The notes under the pieces: generated by a model
Told to the model about the DNA's origin: nothing
Database searches by the model: none
The model's input: only the letters and a program-made list of their open reading frames with translations
DNA from: Bacteroidales bacterium
Lineage (GTDB): Bacteria; Bacteroidota; Bacteroidia; Bacteroidales; UBA4417
Length of the DNA stretch: 53,044 bases
Direction: 5' to 3'
Assembly: GCA_035403045.1 (NCBI GenBank)
Contig: DAONEL010000004.1
Location: 1 to 53,044, forward strand
Part shown: piece after piece, positions 52,460-53,044 of the stretch
How the letters are laid out: each line of letters starts with the position of its first letter
Numbering within the stretch: the stretch's first letter is position 1
Made by a program: the position numbers and the translations under genes

Positions 52460-52924
52460 TTACTTTCCTGAAGGTGTTTTCAGCACGTTCTTATCCTCCG
52501 GTTTCTGATACTGGCCCGGAGTAATTTTCTTTTCAGGAGTTTTGTTTTCGTTACCCTGAAGCTCGCTTTGCATCTCAGTAAGCCGGTTGATCACACCGGT
52601 GTATATATCATCCAGGTCGTTAACCCGTAACAGATAATAATCCAGGCTTTTCCTGAAATCTTCAGGCTTCACATTATGGTTGGCAAATACTTTCAGGTAC
52701 TGGGTACGTGAATAATTTCGCAAATCCTCTTTTACCAATTGCTGATTCCCCGACCGCAGGCTGGCTTCCTCCAGGTGAATGTCAACCATTATACTGATCA
52801 TCTCCTTCTTCGACAATACACCATCAGGCCGGGAAGAAAAAATTCCACCATCCTCATCACATGCCTGCAGGAGAAAAATCAAGGGCAAGAGTACCCGGAA
52901 AATCCTTATATTCAGAGAGATCAC
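52460..52924 (-). CDS. DUF4296-like lipoprotein
   Basis: A GTG start at 52924 gives the lipoprotein signal (M)ISLNIRIFRVLLPLIFLLQAC. The segment LSKKEMISIMVDIHLEEASL resembles the DUF4296 core as I recall it. Confidence 0.6.
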   Translation of the reverse strand: MISLNIRIFRVLLPLIFLLQACDEDGGIFSSRPDGVLSKKEMISIMVDIHLEEASLRSGNQQLVKEDLRNYSRTQYLKVFANHNVKPEDFRKSLDYYLLRVNDLDDIYTGVINRLTEMQSELQGNENKTPEKKITPGQYQKPEDKNVLKTPSGK

Positions 52925-52940
52925 TTTGCTTGCAGTTCCT

Positions 52941-53044
52941 TTATTTGGCCGGTTTTGCTATACGATACTGGTTGTTAAGCTCCTTGATCACATCGTTTGT
53001 AATGTCGAGCGTATCGTTGGCATACAGTATGTTTCCGCCTTTGG
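52941..53044 (-). CDS. 3' end of a truncated gene (possibly OmpH/Skp-family chaperone)
   Basis: The frame is open to the window edge and reads ...KGGNILYANDTLDITNDVIKELNNQYRIAKPAK, ending in TAA at 52941..52943. The DIT..VI..LN ending is reminiscent of OmpH C-termini. Only 33 residues are visible. Confidence 0.35.
   Translation of the reverse strand, partial: KGGNILYANDTLDITNDVIKELNNQYRIAKPAK

Noticed and set aside
1-53044. Signs of horizontal transfer or mobile elements (integrase, transposase, tRNA-flanked island, phage genes, sharp compositional break).
   Set aside because: I recognised none. Composition looks broadly uniform by eye, apart from short AT-rich promoter regions (for example 17748..18032). 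Housekeeping genes are interspersed throughout.

Overview
This 53-kb window looks like a chromosomal segment from a member of the Bacteroidota. The evidence is four proteins with type IX secretion (T9SS) C-terminal sorting domains of both type A and type B, a PorP/SprF gene, a FISUMP-domain lipoprotein, a TonB-dependent receptor paired with a surface lipoprotein, and exact TAnnTTTG -7 promoter boxes 15-47 nt upstream of eight start codons. There are about 42 densely packed protein-coding genes. They mix housekeeping functions (der, S4-domain protein, RlmI-like methyltransferase, dihydroorotase, deoC, SMUG-like uracil-DNA glycosylase) with envelope and secreted functions. I recognised no rRNA, tRNA, CRISPR array, transposase, integrase or classical defence gene. 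Four things stand out. (1) An 11.5-kb gene (38504..50011, minus) encodes a 3835-aa surface protein built from four repeat families, including 21 PKD domains whose first 12 form a three-domain super-repeat. It ends in a type B T9SS sorting domain and is followed by a PorP/SprF gene. (2) A divergent locus (28693..36786) pairs a T9SS-secreted two-HKD PLD-family nuclease candidate and an EEP nuclease with a TonB-dependent receptor and a beta-rich lipoprotein. The lipoprotein shares an OB-like N-terminal module with the PLD protein. This is my best candidate for an uncharacterised system, namely extracellular nucleic-acid capture and uptake. (3) A GT-C type (GT87/DUF2029-like) membrane glycosyltransferase abuts a polyprenol-phosphate-mannose synthase gene. 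(4) A CGPC thioredoxin-fold protein carries a T9SS sorting domain. All family assignments come from motif recognition by eye, since no database search or folding computation was possible. Several track ORFs begin at TTG or GTG and were trimmed to better-supported starts.
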